Positions 1-9,601 of a stretch of 64,000 nt of DNA are shown piece after piece (position 1 is the stretch's first letter; each line of letters starts with the position of its first letter). Below the pieces are notes generated by a model. It was not told the DNA's origin, did no database searches, and saw only the letters and a program-made list of their open reading frames with translations. Both the position numbers and the translations under genes were made by a program. The DNA lies in NCBI GenBank assembly GCA_031409335.1, contig JANNWY010000293.1, positions 20,943 to 84,942 on the forward strand, in the 5' to 3' direction. The stretch is from Chthoniobacteraceae bacterium (GTDB taxonomy: Bacteria > Verrucomicrobiota > Verrucomicrobiia > Chthoniobacterales > Chthoniobacteraceae).

Positions 1-579
1 GGCGATAACCACAACAGCCAATCCCAGCGGAAGGGCAAAGGTTTCATTGCTGAGCAGGCGAATCGAGTAGTCCCATCCCCCCTCGTAGCAGAAGTAAGAA
101 AGTCCAACCGCCAACGAATAAAGAATGCCGTTGCGATACGCCGCCCGGACGTACAGGCACGTGACGACCAAACTAATCACCACCGCTATAAGCCGAGTTG
201 CCAGCCAGAAGGAAGAAGGATTGGCGAAGGCATCCTCGCAACGCCCGCGTGCATCCAAGTCGGTGCCCAGAAAGGCGAGACGGTAGCCGACCCACGAACT
301 CACTTGGAAGGGGAACCCAGGGTGCATGGTATTGTCAAAATTGACTCGACGCCCGTTCAGAAACGTGGGTCCGGACAACCAGAAATCCATGTTTAACGCA
401 TGTGCCAGAGAAAGGCCCGGGTAGTCCATGAGTCCATTATTCCAAAACTCGATCGGGTGGTTTTGGTTCTCACGGTACGCAGCGGCAATCAGGATCGCGA
501 TTATCAGCAAGGGTGCGAGCCACTTGTTGGATCGCAGCAAAGCTTGATTCCGAATGGGAGGGCTAGGCAAATAGGACAT
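1..579 (-). CDS. Membrane protein, paralog of 598..2283 (partial, runs off left edge); possibly GT-C-like glycosyltransferase
   Basis: Manual translation from ATG at 579: MSYLPSPPIRNQALLRSNKWLAPLLIIAILIAAAYRENQNHPIEFW...LAHALNMDFW...HPGFPFQVSSWVGYRL. This aligns with LAHALNIDFW...HPGLPLQATSWAAYR of the next gene. Confidence 0.75.
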   Translation of the reverse strand, partial: MSYLPSPPIRNQALLRSNKWLAPLLIIAILIAAAYRENQNHPIEFWNNGLMDYPGLSLAHALNMDFWLSGPTFLNGRRVNFDNTMHPGFPFQVSSWVGYRLAFLGTDLDARGRCEDAFANPSSFWLATRLIAVVISLVVTCLYVRAAYRNGILYSLAVGLSYFCYEGGWDYSIRLLSNETFALPLGLAVVVIA

Positions 580-597
580 CGCAGGGAGATTCGCCCA

Positions 598-2283
598 TTA
601 TTCCGCCGTCCGTTCAAATACGATCGTCATCGGCTCGTCGATGATACGTTTGCAGTGCCGCTCGAAATACTCCTTTGCGCTGGCTTGAGAGCCCGTCAGA
701 AGGTAGCCGTAGTAATCCCGCTGAAAGACGGCGTAACGCCATTTCGCCTTATCGAAAGGCCTCGTCTCGGCCCCGACTCGGACGTCTGGATTCCACAAAA
801 AATAAACGGAATCGGGCGTTGGGAATTTTTCGTCAATCACGGCGGCGACCTCCGGCACCCCCGCGAGGTATTGGATCAGCTCCATCACGAAGCGGCGATT
901 GGGCAGGCGATAAGTCCACATGACCCCGCCCCGGTCCCGGCCTGGCAGATCCTCGACCGCTTGCAGGCTGGTCTTCATCTCCATCTCCCGCCGGAAGTTC
1001 GTGTCTTCGAGGATCCAGAAGCGGCGATAGCTATGGATCAGGCCGAGGCATACCGCCAGGCTCAAAGCCACCCTCATTACAGCACCCACATGCCCGCCGA
1101 TCGCCAGCAGGAGCAGCGAAATGGCTGGCACACCTGCGATGAGATAGTGCGAGCCATAGTGTTTCAAGGTGGCGGCTAGGAACAGCCCGGCGGCACAGAG
1201 CAAATAGATCAAATAAGCGGCGTTGCCGGATCGTGGCCAGCCGCTGCGCGCCGTGGAAACGACGACCCCTAAACCAAGCGCGCAGATTCCAGCGGATAGC
1301 CCGAGAAACGGCCAGTAGGCCGAAAGGGAAAAAAGCGCGTTTCGGACCGCCGAGAGGGATACCGCGCCCGCGGGGCCGATCCCGTAATTGCCTGAATGCG
1401 TCAACACAGCAAAGTGCAAATGCAGGATGCGGCTTAGTCCGCCGGAACCCAGAAACAAAGTCGCCAAGGCATATGCCGCGACGATAAAACCGCAGCCGAA
1501 GGCAGCCAGGCGCGAACCCATTTGGCGGATCGGAGGTCGCAATGCAAAGTAGTATGCAGCGAACGCTGGCAGCGCAGCCACAGTCCATGCGATATAGTTT
1601 AGTTTATTCAGCCAGCAAAGGGCGCAAAGACTGCCCCAGCCAAAGTACCATTTTAGGGCGGCCCCGCCCTCCGACGGGTTCAGACTTCGAGATGCAAACC
1701 ACGCGACTGCGAGTGAAAGTGGCAGGGCGAAACTCTCATTGCCCAACATGCAGATGGTATATTTCCACGCCGGTTCGTAACAATAGTACACGAGACCCAC
1801 GGCAATGGAATATAGGAAGCCATAGGTGGAGGCGGCTCGGACGAGAAGGATCGAACCAACCAGACCAAGAGCGATCGCAGCCAGGCGGAGGACCACCCAG
1901 AATGACGATGGATCGACAAAAACGGATTCGCAGCGTTCCGCAACATCGGCCGATTTTCCAAGCGTGGGTATCCGATAGGCGGCCCATGAAGTGGCTTGCA
2001 GCGGTAGTCCCGGATGCAGGCTGTTATTGTCGTTGACCGTCCGCCCGTTGATAAGCGGCGTTTGGGAAACCCAGAAGTCGATATTCAACGCGTGCGCGAG
2101 GCAGATGTTGACATAATCGCCCGCCGGTTCGCTGTGGCTCCAGAAATCCAGTGGGTGGCTCCGGTCTTCACGCCACGCCGCGGACAGTAGAATTGCGATG
2201 ACCAGTCCGGGTGCCAATATCCGCCGACAGAGGCGCTGCCACATTGGTGGTCCACTCGGCGAACTGGTAAGCGATTGCGACAT
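598..2283 (-). CDS. Multi-pass membrane protein, possibly GT-C-fold glycosyltransferase
   Basis: 561-aa ORF with many hydrophobic segments, an HPG loop and a soluble C-terminal domain; lies next to glycosyl/methyltransferase genes. Confidence 0.65.
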   Translation of the reverse strand: MSQSLTSSPSGPPMWQRLCRRILAPGLVIAILLSAAWREDRSHPLDFWSHSEPAGDYVNICLAHALNIDFWVSQTPLINGRTVNDNNSLHPGLPLQATSWAAYRIPTLGKSADVAERCESVFVDPSSFWVVLRLAAIALGLVGSILLVRAASTYGFLYSIAVGLVYYCYEPAWKYTICMLGNESFALPLSLAVAWFASRSLNPSEGGAALKWYFGWGSLCALCWLNKLNYIAWTVAALPAFAAYYFALRPPIRQMGSRLAAFGCGFIVAAYALATLFLGSGGLSRILHLHFAVLTHSGNYGIGPAGAVSLSAVRNALFSLSAYWPFLGLSAGICALGLGVVVSTARSGWPRSGNAAYLIYLLCAAGLFLAATLKHYGSHYLIAGVPAISLLLLAIGGHVGAVMRVALSLAVCLGLIHSYRRFWILEDTNFRREMEMKTSLQAVEDLPGRDRGGVMWTYRLPNRRFVMELIQYLAGVPEVAAVIDEKFPTPDSVYFLWNPDVRVGAETRPFDKAKWRYAVFQRDYYGYLLTGSQASAKEYFERHCKRIIDEPMTIVFERTAE

Positions 2284-2370
2284 CTTACTGAAATGACTGC
2301 GCGGTTGAACGGGAGATCGCAGCGAGCGTCAACTTTTTTAGCAAAATCCTTGCTCTCGGTGCCGCGCGTC

Positions 2371-3183
2371 ATGTGGGCTGCGGAGGCCATGGGCCGTTTC
2401 GATTCTCATACCTCAGCAGCAGCCGCGGACGCAGGCGCTCCGCTCGATCAGCACAATGTCGAGATCCACGAGAATCGCGCGTCGTGGCAGGCGAAGCCGT
2501 TGCTGCGCGAGGTGTATGCGCATTTTTACCGGATGATTCGCGATCGGTTGCCGCGCGATCGGAAGGGTGCGGTGCTCGAGATCGGGTCGGGGATGGGGAA
2601 TATCAAGGAGTGGATTCCCGAGTGTGTGACGACCGACCTGTTTCCAAATCCGTGGCTCGATCGTGTGGAAAGCGTGTATCGCCTGAGCTGCGCGGATGGC
2701 AGCGCGAGCGCGTTCGTGCTCTTCGATGTTTTTCACCATTTGCGGCATCCTGGCGCGGCGCTCGGGGAAATGCGCCGCGCGCTGGAAACGTGCGGACGTG
2801 TGATTCTGATCGAGCCGGATATGGGCGCGCTTGGGCGACTCATTTTCGGAAAGTTTCACCACGAGCCGATCGCGCTCGGGGAGAAGATCGAGTGGGATGC
2901 GCCGCCGGGCTGGGATCCTGAGCGACATGGTTACTACGCGGCGCAGGGAAATGCTTCGCGCATTTTTGTGGACGGAGAATTGCGGGAAAAGCTCGCGGGC
3001 TGGCGCTTCGTGGAGGTGAAGCGGATGCCTGCGTTTTCCTACATCGGCAGCGGTGGATTTCGCGGGCCGCAGGTTTACCCGCGCTTCCTGCTACCACTCG
3101 TCCGCATCGTCGAAAATGTTTTCGCGCTGTTGCCGGGCGTTTTCTCCACGCGGCTGCTCGTCGTCCTCGAACGCCATGACTGA
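2371..3183 (+). CDS. Class I SAM-dependent methyltransferase
   Basis: VLEIGSGMG motif I, DVFHHL motif, GRVILIEP; start uncertain (ATG 2371 or 2389). Confidence 0.85.
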   Translation: MWAAEAMGRFDSHTSAAAADAGAPLDQHNVEIHENRASWQAKPLLREVYAHFYRMIRDRLPRDRKGAVLEIGSGMGNIKEWIPECVTTDLFPNPWLDRVESVYRLSCADGSASAFVLFDVFHHLRHPGAALGEMRRALETCGRVILIEPDMGALGRLIFGKFHHEPIALGEKIEWDAPPGWDPERHGYYAAQGNASRIFVDGELREKLAGWRFVEVKRMPAFSYIGSGGFRGPQVYPRFLLPLVRIVENVFALLPGVFSTRLLVVLERHD

Positions 3184-4597
3184 TCTTCCCATCCTCACCC
3201 GCGAGCAGATCGAGCGGACGCGCGCGTTTTATGCGAACGAGCCCGTCGAGCGGACGCCCTCCGGGCATCAGTATCAGACACTGCTCGCGCACTATTACCG
3301 GCTGCTGATTCCCGAGGATGCGAGCGTGCTGGAGATCGGCTGCGGCGCGGGTGAACTGCTGAGTCTGCTGCCGAATCGCCGCGTCACCGGCGTGGACCTT
3401 TCCGCAAAGCATGTCGAAGCCGCGGGCGCCGCGGTGCCGCACGGCGTTTTCCATGTGCAGGCAGGTGAGGAACTCGCGGTCGCAGGCGTGTTCGATTTCA
3501 TCATCATCTCCGAGACGGTGAATCTCGCCGCGGACGTGCAGCGCATCTTCGAGCGCGCGCTGGCGGTGTCGCATCCGGGCTCGCGACTCCTTTGCAATTT
3601 CTACAGCGCGCTGTGGAAGCCCGTGCTGGAACTGGCAACCATGATGGGGCTGCGCGGACGTGCGCCGCAGGGAAACTGGCTCGACCGGAGTGACGTGAAA
3701 AACATGCTCGAACTCGCGAATTGGGAGGTCATCAAGGCGCAGCCGCGCGTGTTGTGCCCGATCGAAATCCCGATCGTCAGCGACGTGCTGAATCGCTGGC
3801 TCGCGCCGCTGCTGCCGTGGTTTTGCCTTACCACATTCGTGATCGCGCGGCCGCGGCCGCAGCGGAAACGGGAGCGCGAGTTCACCGTGTCGGTCGTCGT
3901 CCCGGCGCGGAATGAATCGGGCAACATCGAGAACATCGTGCGGCGCACGCCGGAACTCGGCGCGGGGACGGAGCTGGTTTTCATCGAGGGAAATTCGACC
4001 GACGATACGTGGGCGAAAATCCAGGAAGTCGCCGCGGCGAATCCGGGGCGGAACATCAAGACGATGAAGCAGACCGGGAAGGGAAAGGGCAACGCCGTGC
4101 GCGAGGCGTTCGCGGTTTGCACGGGGGAAATTCTGATGATTCTCGATGCCGATCTCACGATGCCCGCGGAGGAATTGCCGAAGTTTTACGAAGTCGTCGC
4201 GTCGCGCCACGGCGAGTTCGCGAACGGCGTACGGCTGGTCTATCCGATGGAATCGGAGGCGATGCAGTTCGCGAATCTGTGCGCGAACAAGGCGTTCGGA
4301 ATCATCTTTAGCTGGCTGCTGGTGCAGCCAGTGAAGGACACGCTCTGCGGGACGAAGGTGCTCTTCCGCGCGGACTACGAAAGGCTCGCGCGGCAGCGCG
4401 CGTATTTCGGCGACTTCGATCCGTTCGGCGATTTCGACCTGCTGTTCGGCGCGGATAAATTGCTACTGAAAATCGCCGACGTGCCGATCCGCTACCGCGA
4501 CCGCACTTACGGCGACACGAATATCCAGCGCTGGCGTCACGGCGTGATGCTGCTGCGCATGGTGATTTTCGCCGCGCGGAAATTGCGCTTCGTCTGA
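3176..4597 (+). CDS. Bifunctional SAM-methyltransferase / glycosyltransferase family 2
   Basis: N-terminal VLEIGCGAG; C-terminal VVVPARNE, ILDADL (DxD), DTLCGTK; ATG 3176 overlaps upstream gene end. Confidence 0.9.
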   Translation: MTDLPILTREQIERTRAFYANEPVERTPSGHQYQTLLAHYYRLLIPEDASVLEIGCGAGELLSLLPNRRVTGVDLSAKHVEAAGAAVPHGVFHVQAGEELAVAGVFDFIIISETVNLAADVQRIFERALAVSHPGSRLLCNFYSALWKPVLELATMMGLRGRAPQGNWLDRSDVKNMLELANWEVIKAQPRVLCPIEIPIVSDVLNRWLAPLLPWFCLTTFVIARPRPQRKREREFTVSVVVPARNESGNIENIVRRTPELGAGTELVFIEGNSTDDTWAKIQEVAAANPGRNIKTMKQTGKGKGNAVREAFAVCTGEILMILDADLTMPAEELPKFYEVVASRHGEFANGVRLVYPMESEAMQFANLCANKAFGIIFSWLLVQPVKDTLCGTKVLFRADYERLARQRAYFGDFDPFGDFDLLFGADKLLLKIADVPIRYRDRTYGDTNIQRWRHGVMLLRMVIFAARKLRFV

Positions 4598-5367
4598 TGT
4601 CCGCCTTCGCCGCCCGCTTCAATCGTCTGCCGGTCTGGCATCGCCGCGTGCGCGTGTGGGGCGCGGATTTTCGCGCGTGTTCGCTCGACCGGCTCGTCTA
4701 TCTCACGCTGCATCGGCTCGGCTTCATGGGCAAAGAAGAGCGCGCGTTTTTTGCGACGCAGGTGAAGCCCGGCATGAACATCGCCGAGGCCGGCGCGAAC
4801 ATCGGCGTTTACACGATCCAGCTTTCGCGGCTCGTCGGACCAGATGGGCGCGTGTTTGCGTTCGAGCCCGACCCGCATCTCTTCGCGTGCCTGCGCGAAA
4901 ATCTGGAGCGCGCGGGAGTCACGAACGTCGAACCGCACCACTGCGCACTGGGCTCGGCAGCGGGAAAACTTTCCCTCGCGTGGGATGGTCTGAACAGCGG
5001 TGACACGCATCTTTCGCGCGAAGCGCAGGCGGGCGCGGCGCAGGTGGATGTCGCGCGGCTGGACACGGTGCTCGCGGGAACGCGCGTGGATTTTTTCAAG
5101 CTGGATGTGCAGGGCTGGGAGCTGGAAGTCCTGCGCGGGATGACCGGGCTGTTTGCGGCGAATCCGGCGTTGAAACTTTTCGTGGAATACTGGCCTGCCG
5201 GGCTGCGGCGCGCGGGGACCGAGCCGGGGGAGTTGCTCTCCTTTTTCAAAGAGCATGGGTGGGAGCTGGCGAGCACGCCGGATTTACAGGCGATGGATGC
5301 GGGGCGGTTTGCCGCTTGGGATGCGAAACCGAACGCGTTTCAGAACGTGCTCGCGACGCGCGGGTGA
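4597..5367 (+). CDS. FkbM family methyltransferase
   Basis: GANIGVYT, VFAFEP, FFKLDVQGWE motifs; TGATG coupling with the upstream gene. Confidence 0.9.
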   Translation: MSAFAARFNRLPVWHRRVRVWGADFRACSLDRLVYLTLHRLGFMGKEERAFFATQVKPGMNIAEAGANIGVYTIQLSRLVGPDGRVFAFEPDPHLFACLRENLERAGVTNVEPHHCALGSAAGKLSLAWDGLNSGDTHLSREAQAGAAQVDVARLDTVLAGTRVDFFKLDVQGWELEVLRGMTGLFAANPALKLFVEYWPAGLRRAGTEPGELLSFFKEHGWELASTPDLQAMDAGRFAAWDAKPNAFQNVLATRG

Positions 5368-5368
5368 T

Positions 5369-5530
5369 CCGGGGAGCGCACTCGTCCCGAGTGCTGGTTT
5401 TGGCGTCCCGCCGAAACGAACTTTCCTGCGCGTCCTTCCCGCGAGGCGCGCTGACTGGCCGTTGCACGCATTTGAAAGTCCGCGAAGGCGGGACGCCTTC
5501 GCCAGCACTCGGGACGAGCGCGCTCCCCGG
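5369..5530. repeat. REPIN/MITE-like palindromic intergenic element
   Basis: 29-bp terminal inverted repeat (5369-5397 vs 5502-5530, 1 mismatch) plus inner IR ggcgtcccgcc/ggcgggacgcc. Confidence 0.8.
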
Positions 5531-5584
5531 AGTTTGCAGCGTTCCGACTTGCCACTTCGGGAAGCGGCGATTTGCATCCGCGAC

Positions 5585-7729
5585 GTGAGCTGGCTTCGCC
5601 AAATCGTTTCCCGCCAAGCCGTTTTTCGCCGGCTGCCGCGGCTGTTGCGGAAGGGGCGCGTGGTGATCCTTTTGCTTTGGGCGACGGGGGTTTTTGCGGT
5701 TTCGCAGACGGCGTGGTTTGGTGGTTTGACGCGGGTCCAGCAGGTCGAGCAAGCGCTCATCGACTGGCGCTTCCAGGCGCGTGGCGATCTGCTCGGAAAT
5801 CCCGATGTCGTGATCGTTGGGATGAACGATTCCTCGCTCGAACAAACGGCGCTCGAAGGGCTCGCGGCGGAGTCGGAGGGCGTGGCGCTGATGACCGCGC
5901 AGAAGCCGCCGTGGAATCGCAAGGTGTGGGCTCTGCTGATCGAGCGGCTGATGCAGTCGGGGGCGAAAGTGGTCGCGCTCGATTTCATTTTCGATGGCAA
6001 CAATCCGGGCACGGACGAACTCGCGGCGGTCGTGGCGAAGTATCGGGACCGGCTCGTCCTTGGGTCGCGCTTTAGTGATGTGACTGCCGATGGCGAGGAT
6101 CGAAATGTCACTTTCACCGCGCCCGCCACGACGCTGACCGGCGAGGGTGACAGCTCGGACATCGTGGGCTCGTGCCTTTTTCGGCAGGAGATCGATCTGG
6201 CGATCCGGCGCTTCGATTTCCGCACTTCGCTGATGCGGGAAGCGGGGATGGAAGATGACTCGGATGACATCGTGAGTTTTGCGCCGCTCGCGGTTGCGAA
6301 GTTTCAGGGCAAATCGGTGCCGCACCGATATGGCGTGCCGATCGCGTATCAGGGTCGGGCGACCACTTACTTCCATCTGCCGATGGAGGAGGTGCTGACT
6401 GATCGCTACTTTGCGAGCGATCCGAAATTCGGGGGAGGCAAGGTATTTCAGGACAAGCTGGTTTTCGTCGGGCCGATCGCGGAAATCCTGCACGATGTCC
6501 ACAAGACGCCGTTCGGCGGGATGCCGGGCGTGGAGATCCACGCGAACATCGCTGGGGCACTGCTGAGTGGGCGCACTTTGCGCGATGCGCCGCCGGGCAC
6601 GGCGCGCTGGCTGGCGCTAGGCGTGACGATCGGGGCGGTGGCGCTGCTGATTTTTTGCCGGCAGGCGCTGACGCAATCCGCGGTATTCGCGGGGCTGACG
6701 GTCGCGCTGGCCGTGGCTGCGCATGTTTTATTTAGTCGTGCCGGGACGATCATTCCGGTGGTGCAGCCGGCGTTTGCGCTGCTCGGCATTGGGGTTTTCG
6801 GCGTGCTTTACACTTTTTGGATCGAACAGATGGAGAAGGCGCGGATTCGCGGCGCGTTCAATCAGTATGTTTCCAAAAACGTTGCGGATGTGGTGCTCAA
6901 ACATGCGGAGGATTTCGAGCAGATGATGCGCGGGGTGCGGCGGAATGTGACAATCGTTTTCAGCGATGTGCGCGGGTTCACTTCGATCTTTGAATCGAGC
7001 GATGCGACGGCGCTGGTGGAGCAGCTCAATGAGTATTTTGAGCAGATGATCGCCCGAATCCAGCAAGCTGGCGGAACGTTTCTCAAATTCATCGGCGATG
7101 CGATTATGGCGGGATGGGGAGACACGCATACTCTCGGATATGAAGAGGATGCCACGCGGGCCGTCGCTGCCGCGCTCGCGATGCGTGATGCTTTACGCGA
7201 TCTGAACGAAAGGTGGAAGGCAACACCCGCGCGCGTGCCAATGCGCATCGGCATCGGGGTGCATCACGGCGAGGTAGTTGTCGGCGAGATCGGCAGCCAG
7301 GGCGTGCGGAAGGAATTCACGCTGCTCGGGGATGCGGTGAATAGTGCGGCGCGGTTTGAATCGGCGACGAAGCAGTATCACGTCGATCTGCTGGTGGGCG
7401 GGAGCGTGGAGGCGCTGACGCGCGGGAAGTTTGTGTATCGCGCGGTGGACCGGGCGCGCTTCAAGGGGAAGACGCATCCAATCGAGGTTTTCGCGGTGTT
7501 GAGCGACGCGGCGACGCCGGCTCCCGCGTGGCTCGCCCGGTGGGATGAGGCAGTCGCCCTTTTCCGCGGCGCACGATTCGCGGAAGCGTCAGGACTTTTT
7601 CGCGAAGTCGCGGCGGAGATCGGCGGCGAGGATTTTCTCTGCGAGATGTATCTCGCGCGAATCGCGGAATACACGGGCGATCCGCCGCCTGCGGATTGGG
7701 ATGGCGCGTACACGCTGGCGGAAAAGTAG
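5585..7729 (+). CDS. CHASE2-domain adenylate cyclase (class III)
   Basis: CHASE2 motifs (PWNR, GAKVVALD, MPGVEIHAN), three TM helices, cyclase motifs FSDVRGFT, KFIGDAIM, GDAVNSAARFE; start taken at GTG 5585 after the repeat. Confidence 0.9.
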   Translation: MSWLRQIVSRQAVFRRLPRLLRKGRVVILLLWATGVFAVSQTAWFGGLTRVQQVEQALIDWRFQARGDLLGNPDVVIVGMNDSSLEQTALEGLAAESEGVALMTAQKPPWNRKVWALLIERLMQSGAKVVALDFIFDGNNPGTDELAAVVAKYRDRLVLGSRFSDVTADGEDRNVTFTAPATTLTGEGDSSDIVGSCLFRQEIDLAIRRFDFRTSLMREAGMEDDSDDIVSFAPLAVAKFQGKSVPHRYGVPIAYQGRATTYFHLPMEEVLTDRYFASDPKFGGGKVFQDKLVFVGPIAEILHDVHKTPFGGMPGVEIHANIAGALLSGRTLRDAPPGTARWLALGVTIGAVALLIFCRQALTQSAVFAGLTVALAVAAHVLFSRAGTIIPVVQPAFALLGIGVFGVLYTFWIEQMEKARIRGAFNQYVSKNVADVVLKHAEDFEQMMRGVRRNVTIVFSDVRGFTSIFESSDATALVEQLNEYFEQMIARIQQAGGTFLKFIGDAIMAGWGDTHTLGYEEDATRAVAAALAMRDALRDLNERWKATPARVPMRIGIGVHHGEVVVGEIGSQGVRKEFTLLGDAVNSAARFESATKQYHVDLLVGGSVEALTRGKFVYRAVDRARFKGKTHPIEVFAVLSDAATPAPAWLARWDEAVALFRGARFAEASGLFREVAAEIGGEDFLCEMYLARIAEYTGDPPPADWDGAYTLAEK

Positions 7730-7795
7730 GGCGACTTATCGCGTTGACGCGGGGAGCGCACTTTTCTAAGCCTCGCCTTGGTTATTCATCTCTTT

Positions 7796-9580
7796 ATGAA
7801 ATCGATTCTGCACTCCTCCATCGCACTCTCAATCGCTGCCGCGGTGACTTTCACAAACCCCGCAAGCGCCGCCGACATCGAGCGATCGACGATCACGGAA
7901 GTCGTGAAAGATGCGACGGTGCTGCTGCGCGCGACGAAGGGAAAGAAGGCGGCGCGGGTGAATGATGTGTTCGGCGTGCCGGATGTGCTGCGGACGGGTT
8001 CGGATTCGCGCGTGGAGATGATCGCGGAAGATCAGACGGTGACGCGCGTGGGGGCGAATACGATTTTTTCGTTCGAGCCGCAGAAGCGGGAGATCAATCT
8101 CCAAAAGGGCAGCGTGCTCTTTAACTCACCGTCGGGAAAAGGTGGCGGCACGATCCGCACGGCAGCGGCCACGGCGGCGGTGCAGGGGACGACGCTGATC
8201 GTGGTGACGACGCAGAATGGCGGCTTTAAGGCGCTGCTGCTGGAAGGGCGCGGGAGTGTGAAATCCAACGGCAAGACGCGCTCCATCGGGGCGGGGCAAA
8301 TGGTGTATGTGCTGCCGGGCGGGGATTTGAGCGGGGTGCTGAATTTTCACCTCGCGGAGCAGGTCGGCGTGGCGCGGCTGGTGAATGGATTCAAGGCGCC
8401 GCTGGCATCGCAGGATAAAATCGACAAGGCAGTGGCAAAGCAGGAGGCGCAGATCGCGAAGGGTCAGCTCGTGACGACTGGGCTGCTGGCGAGCGATTCG
8501 CCGACGCAGGCTTACAAGGTGGATCCGACGATCGCGTTCGACGTGGTGCGGTCGCCGGAGCGGGCGCAGCGGATCGTCAATTCCGGGCAGGCGGGGCTGG
8601 CCGATTCAGTGATCGCGCAGCCGCAGCTTGATCTGGATCGGGTATTCTCGGCGCTGACGGATGCGCCGCCGGTCCTCGGCCCAGGCTCGGGGATCGCGGG
8701 GGATTTGCCGCCGGACTATTCCCTCTACATCGCGCGGAATACGACGGTGCGCACGAATGCGATCGATCTCTCGCCGTATCTGGGAACGTTCCTGTTTTAT
8801 TCGACGGGCGATTTCATCGTGGAGCAGAGCGTCGCGATCGGGGGTGGGCCGGAATCGGTGGGGATTTTCGCGCTTGGCACGGTCCGGCAGGTGCCAGGTG
8901 CGTTCCTCGATATCGACGCGGCAAACGCGTCGGTGTTTGCCTTGGGTCTGGATGCGGCGGAGGCGGGCGGTGCGGTGGTGGGGAGTCCGCTGGCGTTCAC
9001 GGGCGGCGGCATTCGCGCGACGGGAAATCTTTCGCTGTTTGCGGCGAGCTTCGATTTGAATCAAAGCGTGCTCGGGTCGCAGACGGGTGGCGTGATCGCG
9101 AGTGCATCGACGGATTTCACCGCGTTCGGACTCGGGGCGAGCGCGCCGCAATTCGTCGCGCCGAAATCGGTGACGATCTTTGCCGGGCGAAATATCGACA
9201 TCACGAACAGCGTGACCTCGGTGCTGAACTCGGACTTTACCGCCGGCAACAACATGACGCTGACCAATGTCGCTTTCCTCACGAGCGGCGGACCGGCGCA
9301 GTCGGTGAATCTTTCCGCAGGAAATCTGATGTCGCTCACCAATGTCGCGCTCCAAGCGCAAAGCGTGGCGCTGGATGCGCGCACGGTGACGCTCACCAAT
9401 GTGGCCTTTCCCGCGCTCTCGAATGTGACGCTCCGCTCAGAAACAGGGCTGCTCGCGACGCAGCCAAACACCGGCCGGCCCGTCGAAGTCGGCAAAGTGA
9501 ACTTCATCCAAAACGTGACCTACGGCGGCTCGCCCGCGCAGAACGCCGTGGGCTCGGGCATCTCCATTTCCAAGAAATAA
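7796..9580 (+). CDS. Secreted FecR-domain protein with beta-helix-like C-terminus
   Basis: Signal peptide; FecR-like segment RTGSDSRVEM...RVGANT...TAAVQGT; repeated LTNVA motifs near the C-terminus. Confidence 0.75.
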   Translation: MKSILHSSIALSIAAAVTFTNPASAADIERSTITEVVKDATVLLRATKGKKAARVNDVFGVPDVLRTGSDSRVEMIAEDQTVTRVGANTIFSFEPQKREINLQKGSVLFNSPSGKGGGTIRTAAATAAVQGTTLIVVTTQNGGFKALLLEGRGSVKSNGKTRSIGAGQMVYVLPGGDLSGVLNFHLAEQVGVARLVNGFKAPLASQDKIDKAVAKQEAQIAKGQLVTTGLLASDSPTQAYKVDPTIAFDVVRSPERAQRIVNSGQAGLADSVIAQPQLDLDRVFSALTDAPPVLGPGSGIAGDLPPDYSLYIARNTTVRTNAIDLSPYLGTFLFYSTGDFIVEQSVAIGGGPESVGIFALGTVRQVPGAFLDIDAANASVFALGLDAAEAGGAVVGSPLAFTGGGIRATGNLSLFAASFDLNQSVLGSQTGGVIASASTDFTAFGLGASAPQFVAPKSVTIFAGRNIDITNSVTSVLNSDFTAGNNMTLTNVAFLTSGGPAQSVNLSAGNLMSLTNVALQAQSVALDARTVTLTNVAFPALSNVTLRSETGLLATQPNTGRPVEVGKVNFIQNVTYGGSPAQNAVGSGISISKK

Positions 9581-9601
9581 ACCGGTCTGACTTCCACTGA
9601 T

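Noticed and set aside
5255..5584. 110-aa N-terminal extension of the cyclase ORF
   Set aside because: Reads through the FkbM gene end and the palindromic repeat; not protein-like
7751..7762. 12-nt match ggggagcgcact to the 5369 repeat
   Set aside because: Too short, with no partner arm; may be chance
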